64,000 nt of DNA from the NCBI GenBank assembly GCA_024742305.1, contig JANSYQ010000006.1, positions 65,240 to 129,239 of the forward strand, read 5' to 3'. Shown here piece by piece: positions 1 through 8,862 of the stretch. Position 1 is the stretch's first letter, and every line of letters starts with the position of its first letter. The position numbers and the translations under genes were made by a program. Source of the stretch: a bacterium. Its GTDB lineage: Bacteria; Bacteroidota; Bacteroidia; Flavobacteriales_D; Crocinitomicaceae. The notes under the pieces are model-generated. The model did no database searches and had not been told where the DNA came from. It saw only the letters and a program-made list of their open reading frames with translations.

Positions 1-381
1 ACAGCCTACACTGGAGAGCTTGAGATTCCGATTAAATTCAGCGATGCATTCACCCTATCCCCTATTTATCGCTTCCATGTGCAATCAGCGTCACAATATT
101 TCCATGAGTTCAATAGCGTTGATGTGTTTACAGTAAGTAATTTCTACACGTCCGACTTCGATTTGTCGGCGTTTTACGCACACAAATATGGACTTGGAAT
201 GTCTTTGCATCCTATTTTTGGATTGGCGCGTGTACAACAGAAAAATGGTGGAATTTTCATGTGGAAACGATTGGATTTACGATTCGTTTACTATCACAGA
301 AACATCAATTTCAATGCATGGAATGTGACATTGGGTACTGAATTTACAATAGATCGAAAAAAGAAATTGAAGGTAGACTGA
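1..381 (+). CDS. hypothetical protein, C-terminal fragment entering from the left window edge (possible outer-membrane beta-barrel)
   Basis: Frame 1 is open from nt 1 to TGA 379-381, so track ORF 79..381 is only the part after the first Met. Alternating aromatic/polar strands are present (FYTSDFDLSAFYAHKYGLG, RLDLRFVYYHRNINF, NVTLGTEFTI). No family motif recognised. Confidence 0.4.
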   Translation, partial: TAYTGELEIPIKFSDAFTLSPIYRFHVQSASQYFHEFNSVDVFTVSNFYTSDFDLSAFYAHKYGLGMSLHPIFGLARVQQKNGGIFMWKRLDLRFVYYHRNINFNAWNVTLGTEFTIDRKKKLKVD

Positions 382-440
382 TGTTTTTTACCGGCACTAA
401 TTGTTATTTTTTCGTACTTCTGCATTAGAAGTGTAAAGAA

Positions 441-1256
441 ATGTTGCCGAACTATCCATTAGCGTATTTTGAGACTGCGAATAACTATCCAACCTGGTTG
501 GTTGCATTGGTATTTTTCGGTTTTTTAGGTGGAGGCCTTGCTTTTTATTTCTACAAAACAAGACACGCACGCCTTTGGCGCAAGGGAATTTACCCGCAAA
601 AGTTGAAGTTGACCGAAGACAATTTACTGGAGGCTTACCTCTCTTTGGGCTCATTGTTGATTTTACTCGATTATCACAATTCGAAGGATAAAACTCGTTT
701 CATCAATGAGTATTTCAACAAATACTTCCGGAACGCAACGTACAACTTCGGTGACTCTCTGTTATTTAGTATTCGTCATCCTATGCAAATTGAATCCGTT
801 TGTAGTTGGTTAAACAGTCGCTTAAAAACTGAGGGCGAGCGTGCTCAGGTGATCTATTTCCTCACAGGACTCGGAATGTTGGATGGTCAGTTATCTCGGC
901 GTGAGCTACAGTTTTTGGAAATCATGAACCGGCAATTGGAGTTACCAACTTCCAATCTGGAACGCATCATTTCGATTTTCAAAAATTACCATGCTTCAAA
1001 AGCGAAATCGGAAAAAGAGAGTAAGGTCTCTTCTCGCTCTTCTGGTATGAGTCAAGCAAAAAGATTCGCTCAAATTCTTCATTTAGAAGCCTCACCTACT
1101 ATGGAGGGATTGAAGCAATCGTATCGAAAGTTGGTCAAACAGCACCACCCGGACCGTTTTAGTCAGGCTTCAGAAGCACAGCAATTGTTAGCCAAGGAGA
1201 AGTTTCAACAAATCCAAGAGGCATACGAATACTGGAAAGATCAATTGCAAGACTAA
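441..1256 (+). CDS. DjlA-like membrane-anchored J-domain co-chaperone (TM helix + TerB-like region + C-terminal DnaJ domain)
   Basis: ATG ORF of 271 aa. It has an N-terminal TM helix (WLVALVFFGFLGGGLAFYFY), a central TerB-like segment (..YFLTGLGMLDGQLSRRELQFLEIM..) and a C-terminal J domain with the HPD motif (YRKLVKQHHPDRF). Confidence 0.8.
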   Translation: MLPNYPLAYFETANNYPTWLVALVFFGFLGGGLAFYFYKTRHARLWRKGIYPQKLKLTEDNLLEAYLSLGSLLILLDYHNSKDKTRFINEYFNKYFRNATYNFGDSLLFSIRHPMQIESVCSWLNSRLKTEGERAQVIYFLTGLGMLDGQLSRRELQFLEIMNRQLELPTSNLERIISIFKNYHASKAKSEKESKVSSRSSGMSQAKRFAQILHLEASPTMEGLKQSYRKLVKQHHPDRFSQASEAQQLLAKEKFQQIQEAYEYWKDQLQD

Positions 1257-1315
1257 GATTGATGAGTTAACGATTGGCGACTATGATCCTACATTGTAAT
1301 CGAAATCTAGATCAT

Positions 1316-1350
1316 AAAAAAACCCTGACGATCTTTCGATGTCAGGGTTT
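1316..1350 (-). terminator. intrinsic terminator after the giant adhesin gene (member of the AACCCTGAC..GTCAGGGTT family)
   Basis: Minus strand reads AAACCCTGAC-ATC-GAAA-GAT-C-GTCAGGGTT followed by a T run (7 T counting the paired ones). It lies 20 nt downstream of the stop at 1370-1372. It may also act weakly for the convergent + strand gene ending at 1256. Confidence 0.75.
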
Positions 1351-1369
1351 CCATTACTTATCTGTAGTT

Positions 1370-4300
1370 CTATTGAACGCGAATGGTACCAACAAGTTCT
1401 TGCTCTTTCTCAGTCACGACTCTTACAATGTAAGCTCCATTGACCAAGTTAGATACATTGACCATCTTGTCTTCTAGATTCACATCTACTTCAACCAATC
1501 GACCTGTCATATCCAAAACGGATACTTCTTTCAATACGTCATCCAATTGGATCGTAAATGAACCGGTCTCTGTTGGGTTCGGGTACATGATGAATTGCTC
1601 CAGTGTTAATTGCTCTAATCCAACTGTGCTGTTCACACATGCCGAAGTATCCGTACAACCGTTTTCTGTTACGATTACAGCAAAATCACTTCCGTAAGTC
1701 GGAGTAAAGTTTACGTTAGTAGCTCCCGCAACTGGTTGGTTCGTTTCACAATCAATCCACTGGTATGTTACCCCTGCATTGTTGTTCGTAGCAATCATCG
1801 TGATTCCATCACTTGCCATAGTAGTTCCTACGTCAACACCCGTAACGGTTACGTTTTGTGTTTGAGAAACTGAATTACCACAGTTATCTGTGAACGTCCA
1901 TGTTACCGTTGTTGTTCCTATTGCTGTGATCGGCAAACTAACATCCGGAACTCCGTTAATAGTTCCTTCACAATTGTCTGTTGCCGTTGGTGTTGCTGGC
2001 GTCACATCACAAGTACCCGTTACATCCGGTAGTGTAGCCACGTCTAATACAGGAGCCACGTCATCGTTTACGATAATCAACTGAGTCACCTGAATGCTGT
2101 TTCCACATGCATCGGCCACTTCAAATGTTCGCGTGATGGTATCGTTACATCCTGTTCCGTTTGTTGAAACATCACTCAACCATGTAACAATTGGGTTTCC
2201 ACAGTTATCAGCCTCATCCGTTACCCATGCCGTTGCATTGGTCGTAGAAGGTACGTCTGACAAACACACAACATTTAAAGTAATCGGGTTAGATGCTGTT
2301 GGTGCTGTTGTATCATTCACAATGATGATTTGCTCAACATTCGTTGCGTTTCCAGCATCATCAGTAACGCTGTATGTACGTGTAATTGTATCGTTACATC
2401 CTGTTCCATTGGAAGCAACATCTCCCACGTAAGCAACTACTGGAGCTGCCGTACAGTTGTCCGCTTCGTCATCAACCAGTGTGATATCAATAGCAACATC
2501 TCCGATACATTCAGCAAATACTGTGTCTAGATCGGAAGCTGTTGGAGCAATCGCATCGTTGATGATTACGTTTTGTGTCGCGGTAGTAATGTTTCCTGAT
2601 CCATCGTCAAATGTCCAAGTGACTACCGTTGTACCTTGTGTTGAAATTGTTGTAGGATCCGTTGTAGTTCCTGTGATTGTTCCATTACAGTTATCTGTTG
2701 TTGTTGGCGCCGTTAATGTCACCGAACATTCAGCAATTGAATCGGCAAGAACAGGTTGCGTAGGAGCCACTGTATCGTTCACAGTGATTGTGAATGAACA
2801 ATTCGAAGCATTTCCTGATGGATCTGTCACGGTTACATCAACAGTTGTCAATCCTACTGGAATTCCTTGTAGACCAATTTGTCCGATGTTACTGTATGTT
2901 GAAATCGGAGTAGTAATAGTCCATGTAATGATTTCTCCTCCACAGTTATCAGAAGTTACAATGTTTGGAACGGTTACTGAAGCTGAACAAACTCCTGCGT
3001 CTTGATCCTGAACAATGTCTGCTGGACACGTAAATGTCGGAGCGATCGTATCCAATACAGTTACTTGTGATGTACATGTTCCTGTATTACCTGAATTATC
3101 CGTTACGGTCATTGTTACTGGGACCGTTGCACCCAAATCGGCACAAGTAAATGAAGAAATGTCAATTGTCTCAGAATCCACACCACAGTTATCTGTGTTA
3201 CCTCCAAAAACAGGTATAAACGCCACGTAATCATTGGTAGCCGACCAGTTCTGAGAATTACGTCCCGGAACTAGTGTTGCCATGGTTCCATCGATGTTCT
3301 CAAGTCCCATTGTATGCGAGCCTCCATCAGACGGCATGTTCGTTGTATGAATCTCAATCATATTCGTCGTCTCGTACAAGTGCACTTGAGTTGTAACATT
3401 GTTTCCACTTGGGAAGTGATCTACATTGTAGAATTCCATCACCAATACTCGGTTAGGAGCCGTTCCGATTGTAGTATACTGAACCAAGTTGATTGCGGGC
3501 TGTCCACCGTTACCTGGATCCAAATCTTCCCATGCGAATGCGATAAGGTTGTTTGGATTACCCGTATTTGGTAAAAATTGACCTGAACAACATCCACTTC
3601 CAGTTCCTGAACTAAATGTCATGAATCCGTTCGAAGAGATGTAGAAGTCTGTATAAGAGTTTCCATAGAAATCGAAGTTGAACCCAATTGGAAGTGCTGG
3701 TGATACAGCATCGTCACCCAATGAAACTGTTGTTCCTGAAATTGGACTTGACAATGGAGCAAATGTTCCGGTTTGATCAACTGAGTAGGACTGGAAGCCT
3801 GAATTGGTAACATCTGCAGCTGTAATAGTAGCGTTACCTGTTGCATCTAAGTAAACCGTTGCATCTTGACAACTTGCTACTGGTGACACCGTATCCAAGA
3901 CAGTTACATTCGCCGTACAAGTAGCTGATCCTCCTTGTCCATCAGTCACAGTTAATGTCACCGAAGTTGGAGTTGCCACATTCATCGTAAACGTTCCAAC
4001 TGGAACCGGTGATGCTGCTGTCGCGTTAGCAGTTTCTCCATCCAAAACATTGATTCCTGAATACATCCAGTTTGATGGTGTCCAAGCGGAACCATCGTTT
4101 CCTGTATCGTTCATTCGGTATGCCCATCCATCTAGGTATTCCCATGGCTGACCTGTACCATCTGTGTTGATATCTCCAAACACATCAATTACTGCTCCTT
4201 GGTAGAACAACTCAACTGCGTCATCTCCATTGATCGCCATCGAGAAGTCAGTATAATCCGGAGCAAATCCAAACCAGTTAGTAAACTCAGGTGCTTCTGA

Positions 4301-7300
4301 CGCGATGTAAATAAATTGACCTGCTGTTGCAGAAACCGCTGGGAAGGTAAACTCTTCACCATCTGTACCACCACCGTTATTTGCCGATCCTACTCCGTAT
4401 TGAGACAAGTCAGCAATATCGTTGATTACGTACAACTCAATTCCTTTTGGCGTTCCACCAGTGAGTGGTCCATCGTATACACCAGTAATTACCATGTCCG
4501 CAGTTGGTGTTGCACCTACGGGAATGTCTGCACATGTGAATGATGTTTGCGATGCCGCCAAGTTTAGTGTTCCTCCACATCCAACAGTTGAACCACCGTC
4601 GATGTCTGCAGGAACAATTGACGCATTACCGGTTGCATCAAGATAAACAGTTACATCTTGACAAACAGCATTCAAAGTAGAAACGCCTGTTAGAATGACG
4701 TCGAACGTACAAGTTGTGCTATTTCCACTTGCATCTGTCGTTGTCATTGTGATTGTTGTGTTCGATGTAATTACTGTTCCGGCAACTGGCGACTGAGTCA
4801 CTGTTGTTGAACCACAGTTATCTGAAGCTGTTACCAACCCTGTGTAGTCAGGCAGTGTGAAATCACATGTTGGGCTCGCTGTTTCAGTTTGGTTTCCTGG
4901 ACAAGATGCTACTGGTGCAGTTGTATCCGCCACAGTTACCACTGCTACGCAGTTAGCTGTATTTAATGCCGCATCTGTCGCAGTAAGTGTAACATTGTTA
5001 AGACCAATGTCTGCACATGTGAATGACGTTGTAGATGCACTTAGTGTAACCGGTCCACAGTTATCAGTTGAACCAGCATCAATATCAGCTGCTGTAATTG
5101 TTGCATTTCCTGCTCCATCAAGGAATACTGTAATATTCTGACAAACAGCGGTTGGAGCAGTCGCATCCGTTACGATTACGTCGAATGTACATGAGGAATT
5201 GTTTCCACTGCCATCAGTTGCAGTCAATGTAATAGTAGTGTTCCCAGTCACTGTTGTTCCTGCAGCAGGGGATTGAGTAACAGTCGGCGAGGCCGTACAG
5301 TTGTCTGTAGCTGTTGCCAAACTTGTATAATCAGGTAACGTGAATTGACACGCTGCGTCTAAAGACGCTGTTTGATTCCCTGGACATGTAATAGTAGGAG
5401 CTTGTGCATCAGATACTGTTACGTTAAAAGTACAGTTCGCTGAGTTCGCTGAAACATCTGTTGCCGTAAGCGTGATCACAGTAACTCCAAGGCCAACTGC
5501 TGTACCCGGCGCTGGTGATTGTGTTACCGAAGTTCCTGGACAGTTATCGTTTACCGTAGCTAATGCCGTGTAATCCGGCAGGATAAACTGACAAGTAGCA
5601 TTTACTGTGCCTACCTGATCACCTGGACATGCAATTGTTGGCGCTACAGCGTCTAATCCAATAACGTTAAAATTACAATTTGCAGTATTTCCATTTCCGT
5701 CGTTCGCTGTTAACTGAACAGTTACACCACCTGTAACTGGAGTACCCGGCGCAGGAATTTGAGTAATTGTTGGCGAAGCGGTACAGTTATCTGTAGCTGT
5801 TGCTAATCCGGTGTAGTCAGCCAATATAAATTGACAGGCAGCATCTACGGCTTGAGTTTGATCTCCAGGACACGTAATTACTGGCGGAATAACATCTCCA
5901 ACTGTAACACTCACATTTGAGCTATTAGGACATGGTCCTGCGGTTGTATATGTTACAGTATAAGTGTTCGGTGTTGATGCTGAAACATCAATGGTCCCCG
6001 TACCAGCATTAATAGATAATCCTGCAGTTGAGGAGAACATCCCTCCTGCAAGTCCAGTAATTGTTGGCGTTGGATCTGGTCCTGTTGGACAGAATGACGA
6101 TGCACTATAAGAAAAAGATGGATCGTCCAAGGCACTAATTGTCACTAAAACTCCTGAAGAATTTGGACATGGTCCCGAAGTTGTATAGGTTATTGTATAC
6201 GTATTTGGTGTAGATGCAGAAACGTCAATTGTACCTGTAGAAGCATTGATGGACAATCCTGCAGTAGACGAAAATATTCCTCCGGCAAGTCCGGTAATAG
6301 TTGGTGTTGGATCTGCATCACTTACACAGTATGAAGATGCACTATAAGAGAACGAAGGATCATCTAAAGCATTGATCGTTACCACGACGTTACTTGAGTT
6401 TGGACAAGTTCCTGAAGTAGTATAAGTTACCGTGTATGTATTCGGTGTAGATGCTGAAACATCAATCTGTCCAGTCGAAGCATTGATGGACAATCCCGCC
6501 GTTGAAGAAAAGGTTCCTCCTGGAAGTCCTGTAATCGTTGGTGTGGGATCTGCATCACTTACACAGTATGATGCTGCGCTGTAAGAGAATGACGCATCGT
6601 CTAATGCTTGAGGTGTAATGGTAATAGTACCACAGGTCCCCGGTGTAACACATCCTCCTTCACCTCGAACGAAGTATGTTGTTGGTACTGTAATGGGTCC
6701 CGGAATTGCGAAAGTTCCAGTTGTTGTTGAACCAATGTTAGTTCCTCCACAAGAGCCAGTATACACCTGCCATGCAGTTGCATCATTAAGCGTACCTGTA
6801 ATATTTAGTGTCGCTGTACCTCCAGAACATACTGTTGCTGGTGTACTTGTTAATGTAGGCACTGTAGGGTCTGTACAAGGTGGCGCACAAGTTACACTTG
6901 GTGCAGGAAAGTTTCCTGGATCAAGGCCGTATGGGGTTGTATTATCAGCAATCCAGTTTGTTCTATCATTGATTGCCGCACGAAGCGCCGCAGAAGTACC
7001 TGTTAGCGTACCGTTGTATTTTGCATTATCTAACTCGGTTCCAATGGCTGGGAAGAGTGAAATACAATTAGTTCCATTTGTAAGTCCTGGTGGCAAATTT
7101 GAACGTGCGGTTCCCAAAGGACTAACAGCGTTATTGTTCCATCCAGTAGTTGCATCTAATGATAAAGGAGCTCCATTGCCATCATCGCCATGCACACCCG
7201 ATATAAATGTTGGAACTGTAGCTGGTTCAGGCGTAGCTGCTTGATATGCCAATACCTGATCTCCAGCAGAAAGTGACCACGACGCTCCGGAAGAGAGAGT

Positions 7301-7633
7301 AGCTGTTCCGCCACCCGTTACGGTAAATACATCAGGAGTAGTTTCATTAATATGGATAATCGTTCCACAAGTCAATCCACCAGCTGGCGCTGTGTAGGTT
7401 ACGTGACCTTCCGTTGTACCGGCCCAATTGTTAAGACTTAAGTCCCAACCTTCTTCTGTGAAGTAAATAACTTCACCCGACGGGATATCGGCAAGAGTGA
7501 TGAAAGCAAAATTATCTGTTCCATCCGTATTGTAACCGATGAAAGCAATATCTCCTGCTATTAATTGTGCAAACGATGTAGAGGTAAAAAAGGTCATCAC
7601 TATGGTGACGCCTAAGGAATAAAGTAGCTTCAT
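1370..7633 (-). CDS. giant (2087 aa) T9SS-secreted multidomain adhesin: shared N-terminal head domain, 3 tandem 79-aa repeats, HYR/Ig-like modules, lamin-tail-like insert, NIDO-like module, type-A T9SS C-terminal domain
   Basis: Signal peptide MKLLYSLGVTIVMTFFTSTSFAQ. About 11 modules carry a ..C(P)G(D/N)Q..C.F..(P)DY...A.DNC...C.F.V pattern (HYR-like). An insert contains ..TPKGIELYVINDIADLSQY..GQFIYIA.. (LTD-like). The motif IGFNFDFYGNSYTDFYISSNGFMTF is present. The C-terminus ..MYPNPTETGSFTIQL..GAYIVRVVTEKEQELVGTIRVQ is typical of a Por/T9SS sorting domain. Confidence 0.9.
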   Translation of the reverse strand: MKLLYSLGVTIVMTFFTSTSFAQLIAGDIAFIGYNTDGTDNFAFITLADIPSGEVIYFTEEGWDLSLNNWAGTTEGHVTYTAPAGGLTCGTIIHINETTPDVFTVTGGGTATLSSGASWSLSAGDQVLAYQAATPEPATVPTFISGVHGDDGNGAPLSLDATTGWNNNAVSPLGTARSNLPPGLTNGTNCISLFPAIGTELDNAKYNGTLTGTSAALRAAINDRTNWIADNTTPYGLDPGNFPAPSVTCAPPCTDPTVPTLTSTPATVCSGGTATLNITGTLNDATAWQVYTGSCGGTNIGSTTTGTFAIPGPITVPTTYFVRGEGGCVTPGTCGTITITPQALDDASFSYSAASYCVSDADPTPTITGLPGGTFSSTAGLSINASTGQIDVSASTPNTYTVTYTTSGTCPNSSNVVVTINALDDPSFSYSASSYCVSDADPTPTITGLAGGIFSSTAGLSINASTGTIDVSASTPNTYTITYTTSGPCPNSSGVLVTISALDDPSFSYSASSFCPTGPDPTPTITGLAGGMFSSTAGLSINAGTGTIDVSASTPNTYTVTYTTAGPCPNSSNVSVTVGDVIPPVITCPGDQTQAVDAACQFILADYTGLATATDNCTASPTITQIPAPGTPVTGGVTVQLTANDGNGNTANCNFNVIGLDAVAPTIACPGDQVGTVNATCQFILPDYTALATVNDNCPGTSVTQSPAPGTAVGLGVTVITLTATDVSANSANCTFNVTVSDAQAPTITCPGNQTASLDAACQFTLPDYTSLATATDNCTASPTVTQSPAAGTTVTGNTTITLTATDGSGNNSSCTFDVIVTDATAPTAVCQNITVFLDGAGNATITAADIDAGSTDNCGPVTLSASTTSFTCADIGLNNVTLTATDAALNTANCVAVVTVADTTAPVASCPGNQTETASPTCDFTLPDYTGLVTASDNCGSTTVTQSPVAGTVITSNTTITMTTTDASGNSTTCTFDVILTGVSTLNAVCQDVTVYLDATGNASIVPADIDGGSTVGCGGTLNLAASQTSFTCADIPVGATPTADMVITGVYDGPLTGGTPKGIELYVINDIADLSQYGVGSANNGGGTDGEEFTFPAVSATAGQFIYIASEAPEFTNWFGFAPDYTDFSMAINGDDAVELFYQGAVIDVFGDINTDGTGQPWEYLDGWAYRMNDTGNDGSAWTPSNWMYSGINVLDGETANATAASPVPVGTFTMNVATPTSVTLTVTDGQGGSATCTANVTVLDTVSPVASCQDATVYLDATGNATITAADVTNSGFQSYSVDQTGTFAPLSSPISGTTVSLGDDAVSPALPIGFNFDFYGNSYTDFYISSNGFMTFSSGTGSGCCSGQFLPNTGNPNNLIAFAWEDLDPGNGGQPAINLVQYTTIGTAPNRVLVMEFYNVDHFPSGNNVTTQVHLYETTNMIEIHTTNMPSDGGSHTMGLENIDGTMATLVPGRNSQNWSATNDYVAFIPVFGGNTDNCGVDSETIDISSFTCADLGATVPVTMTVTDNSGNTGTCTSQVTVLDTIAPTFTCPADIVQDQDAGVCSASVTVPNIVTSDNCGGEIITWTITTPISTYSNIGQIGLQGIPVGLTTVDVTVTDPSGNASNCSFTITVNDTVAPTQPVLADSIAECSVTLTAPTTTDNCNGTITGTTTDPTTISTQGTTVVTWTFDDGSGNITTATQNVIINDAIAPTASDLDTVFAECIGDVAIDITLVDDEADNCTAAPVVAYVGDVASNGTGCNDTITRTYSVTDDAGNATNVEQIIIVNDTTAPTASNPITLNVVCLSDVPSTTNATAWVTDEADNCGNPIVTWLSDVSTNGTGCNDTITRTFEVADACGNSIQVTQLIIVNDDVAPVLDVATLPDVTGTCDVTPATPTATDNCEGTINGVPDVSLPITAIGTTTVTWTFTDNCGNSVSQTQNVTVTGVDVGTTMASDGITMIATNNNAGVTYQWIDCETNQPVAGATNVNFTPTYGSDFAVIVTENGCTDTSACVNSTVGLEQLTLEQFIMYPNPTETGSFTIQLDDVLKEVSVLDMTGRLVEVDVNLEDKMVNVSNLVNGAYIVRVVTEKEQELVGTIRVQ
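5900..6607 (-). repeat. three in-frame 237-bp (79-aa) tandem repeats inside the adhesin gene
   Basis: Residues 343-421, 422-500 and 501-~578 repeat this pattern: ALDD(A/P)SFSYSA(A/S)S(Y/F)C..DPTPTITGL(P/A)GG.FSSTAGLSINA.TG.IDVSASTPNTYT(V/I)TYTT(S/A)G.CPNSS. The repetition is also obvious at DNA level. Confidence 0.9.
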
Positions 7634-7664
7634 AATTGTAGATATTAGTGCTAAATCATATTAA

Positions 7665-8810
7665 TTAATGACATAAATAGGCATTAAACCAACCGCCCAT
7701 ATTCTTCGGTGGCTCAGTTTTTTGTACTTCGTCCAAATATTTTTTTTGAACGCTCGGCAAGGTATGAATTTTTGACGAATTTCCCTCCGCATTCTCCTTG
7801 TAATTCAGAGGTATAATATAATGCTCGTGTTCTGTTCTATTGGTTGTTTGATCAAAGGAAATCAAACCTCGCGGACCATCTATTGAACACTTTTTGATGA
7901 TCTCATTTGTTTTGGACTTACTTCCTGATTGTCGCTGTTCAATTATGTGTCGAATTATTAATCCGTTTTCGTAACCAAGTACAGCGAATTCAGAAGGGGC
8001 AGAACCGTAAGTTTCTTTGAAGGAATGAATAAATTCTTCGTTTGATTTATTATCTAATTCTTCTGACCAAGATGAAATCAGTGAAACACCATTGAGCGCC
8101 TCACCGTTTTCTCGCATTTCTTGATTAAAAGAGAAAGGAGTAGCGTAGTACGGTACATTTTTGTTTGCGCCGCTCTCTTTCATGAACTCAAGATGTTCCT
8201 CAGCAAAAACACCATTGTATGCAGCGAAGATAGCCTGCGGTTGTGTCGCATCCACAAACTCTTTCATTAAATCGGCCTCATTGGGTCGGGGCTCTAAAGG
8301 TGTTACGAAATGACCGCTGAAATTCGTTTTCCCATTTTCAGCAATGCTCCTTGAAAGGGCATCAATAAAACCGTATCCGGCATCATAATAACACGTTGAA
8401 ACTCCGATTTCTCCCACGTTGGATTCTTCTAGATATTTCCCCAAAGCGTAAACCGACCCTGTTAAATCAAATGAATTGCAGAAAACGTGGTCGTATGTTT
8501 GCAGCCCATAAGGCACAGTAGCTCCCATATCAGAGAATAAAAGTATTTCCCTTGATTCGTCCATGAAACTACTTAACTCGTCTATACCTCTATGTCCGAG
8601 CATTCCCGTGGTGAGCAACAAATCTTCCTGATTGATCAATTTCTGAGCGGCATCTACCAATTTCTTAGGATCTTCCGCAAAGCCAACTCCTTCAATTTTG
8701 TACTCAACATCGTAATTCTCCGTGGCAAGTTTCAATCCACGCACAAAATCCTTCCCAATAGATCTGTATTGATTTGATTGGGGCAACAATACACCTATTA
8801 CATTCTTCAT
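7665..8810 (-). CDS. signal-peptide-less type-1 periplasmic-binding-protein-fold protein (LivJ/ANF-receptor-like)
   Basis: 381-aa ORF starting MKNVIGVLLPQSNQY.. with no hydrophobic leader. The alternating beta-alpha pattern and segments such as AIFAAYNGVFAEE and EFAVLGYENGLII resemble Leu/Ile/Val-binding-type PBPs. Fold assignment is by eye only. It lies 31 nt upstream of the adhesin start. Confidence 0.6.
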   Translation of the reverse strand: MKNVIGVLLPQSNQYRSIGKDFVRGLKLATENYDVEYKIEGVGFAEDPKKLVDAAQKLINQEDLLLTTGMLGHRGIDELSSFMDESREILLFSDMGATVPYGLQTYDHVFCNSFDLTGSVYALGKYLEESNVGEIGVSTCYYDAGYGFIDALSRSIAENGKTNFSGHFVTPLEPRPNEADLMKEFVDATQPQAIFAAYNGVFAEEHLEFMKESGANKNVPYYATPFSFNQEMRENGEALNGVSLISSWSEELDNKSNEEFIHSFKETYGSAPSEFAVLGYENGLIIRHIIEQRQSGSKSKTNEIIKKCSIDGPRGLISFDQTTNRTEHEHYIIPLNYKENAEGNSSKIHTLPSVQKKYLDEVQKTEPPKNMGGWFNAYLCH

Positions 8811-8812
8811 AG

Positions 8813-8844
8813 AAAAAGAGAAAGGGCAGAAAACTCTACCCTTT
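8813..8844 (-). terminator. weak hairpin plus T run between the collar gene and the PBP-like gene (possible attenuator)
   Basis: Minus strand has AAAGGG-(12 nt loop)-CCCTTT followed by CTCTTTTTCT. The stem is only 6 bp, so this is at best a partial terminator. Confidence 0.2.
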
Positions 8845-8862
8845 CATTTATTTTATTGCTTA

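Noticed and set aside
6618-7244. 208-aa plus-strand ORF, and many similar plus-strand ORFs (e.g. 2457..3005, 2094..2432, 4857..5141), inside the giant adhesin gene
   Set aside because: They lie antisense to a gene with clear signal peptide, domain repeats and T9SS CTD. Their products are low-complexity V/S/T/P/A strings, as expected from reading Thr/Gly/Val/Asn-rich codons backwards.
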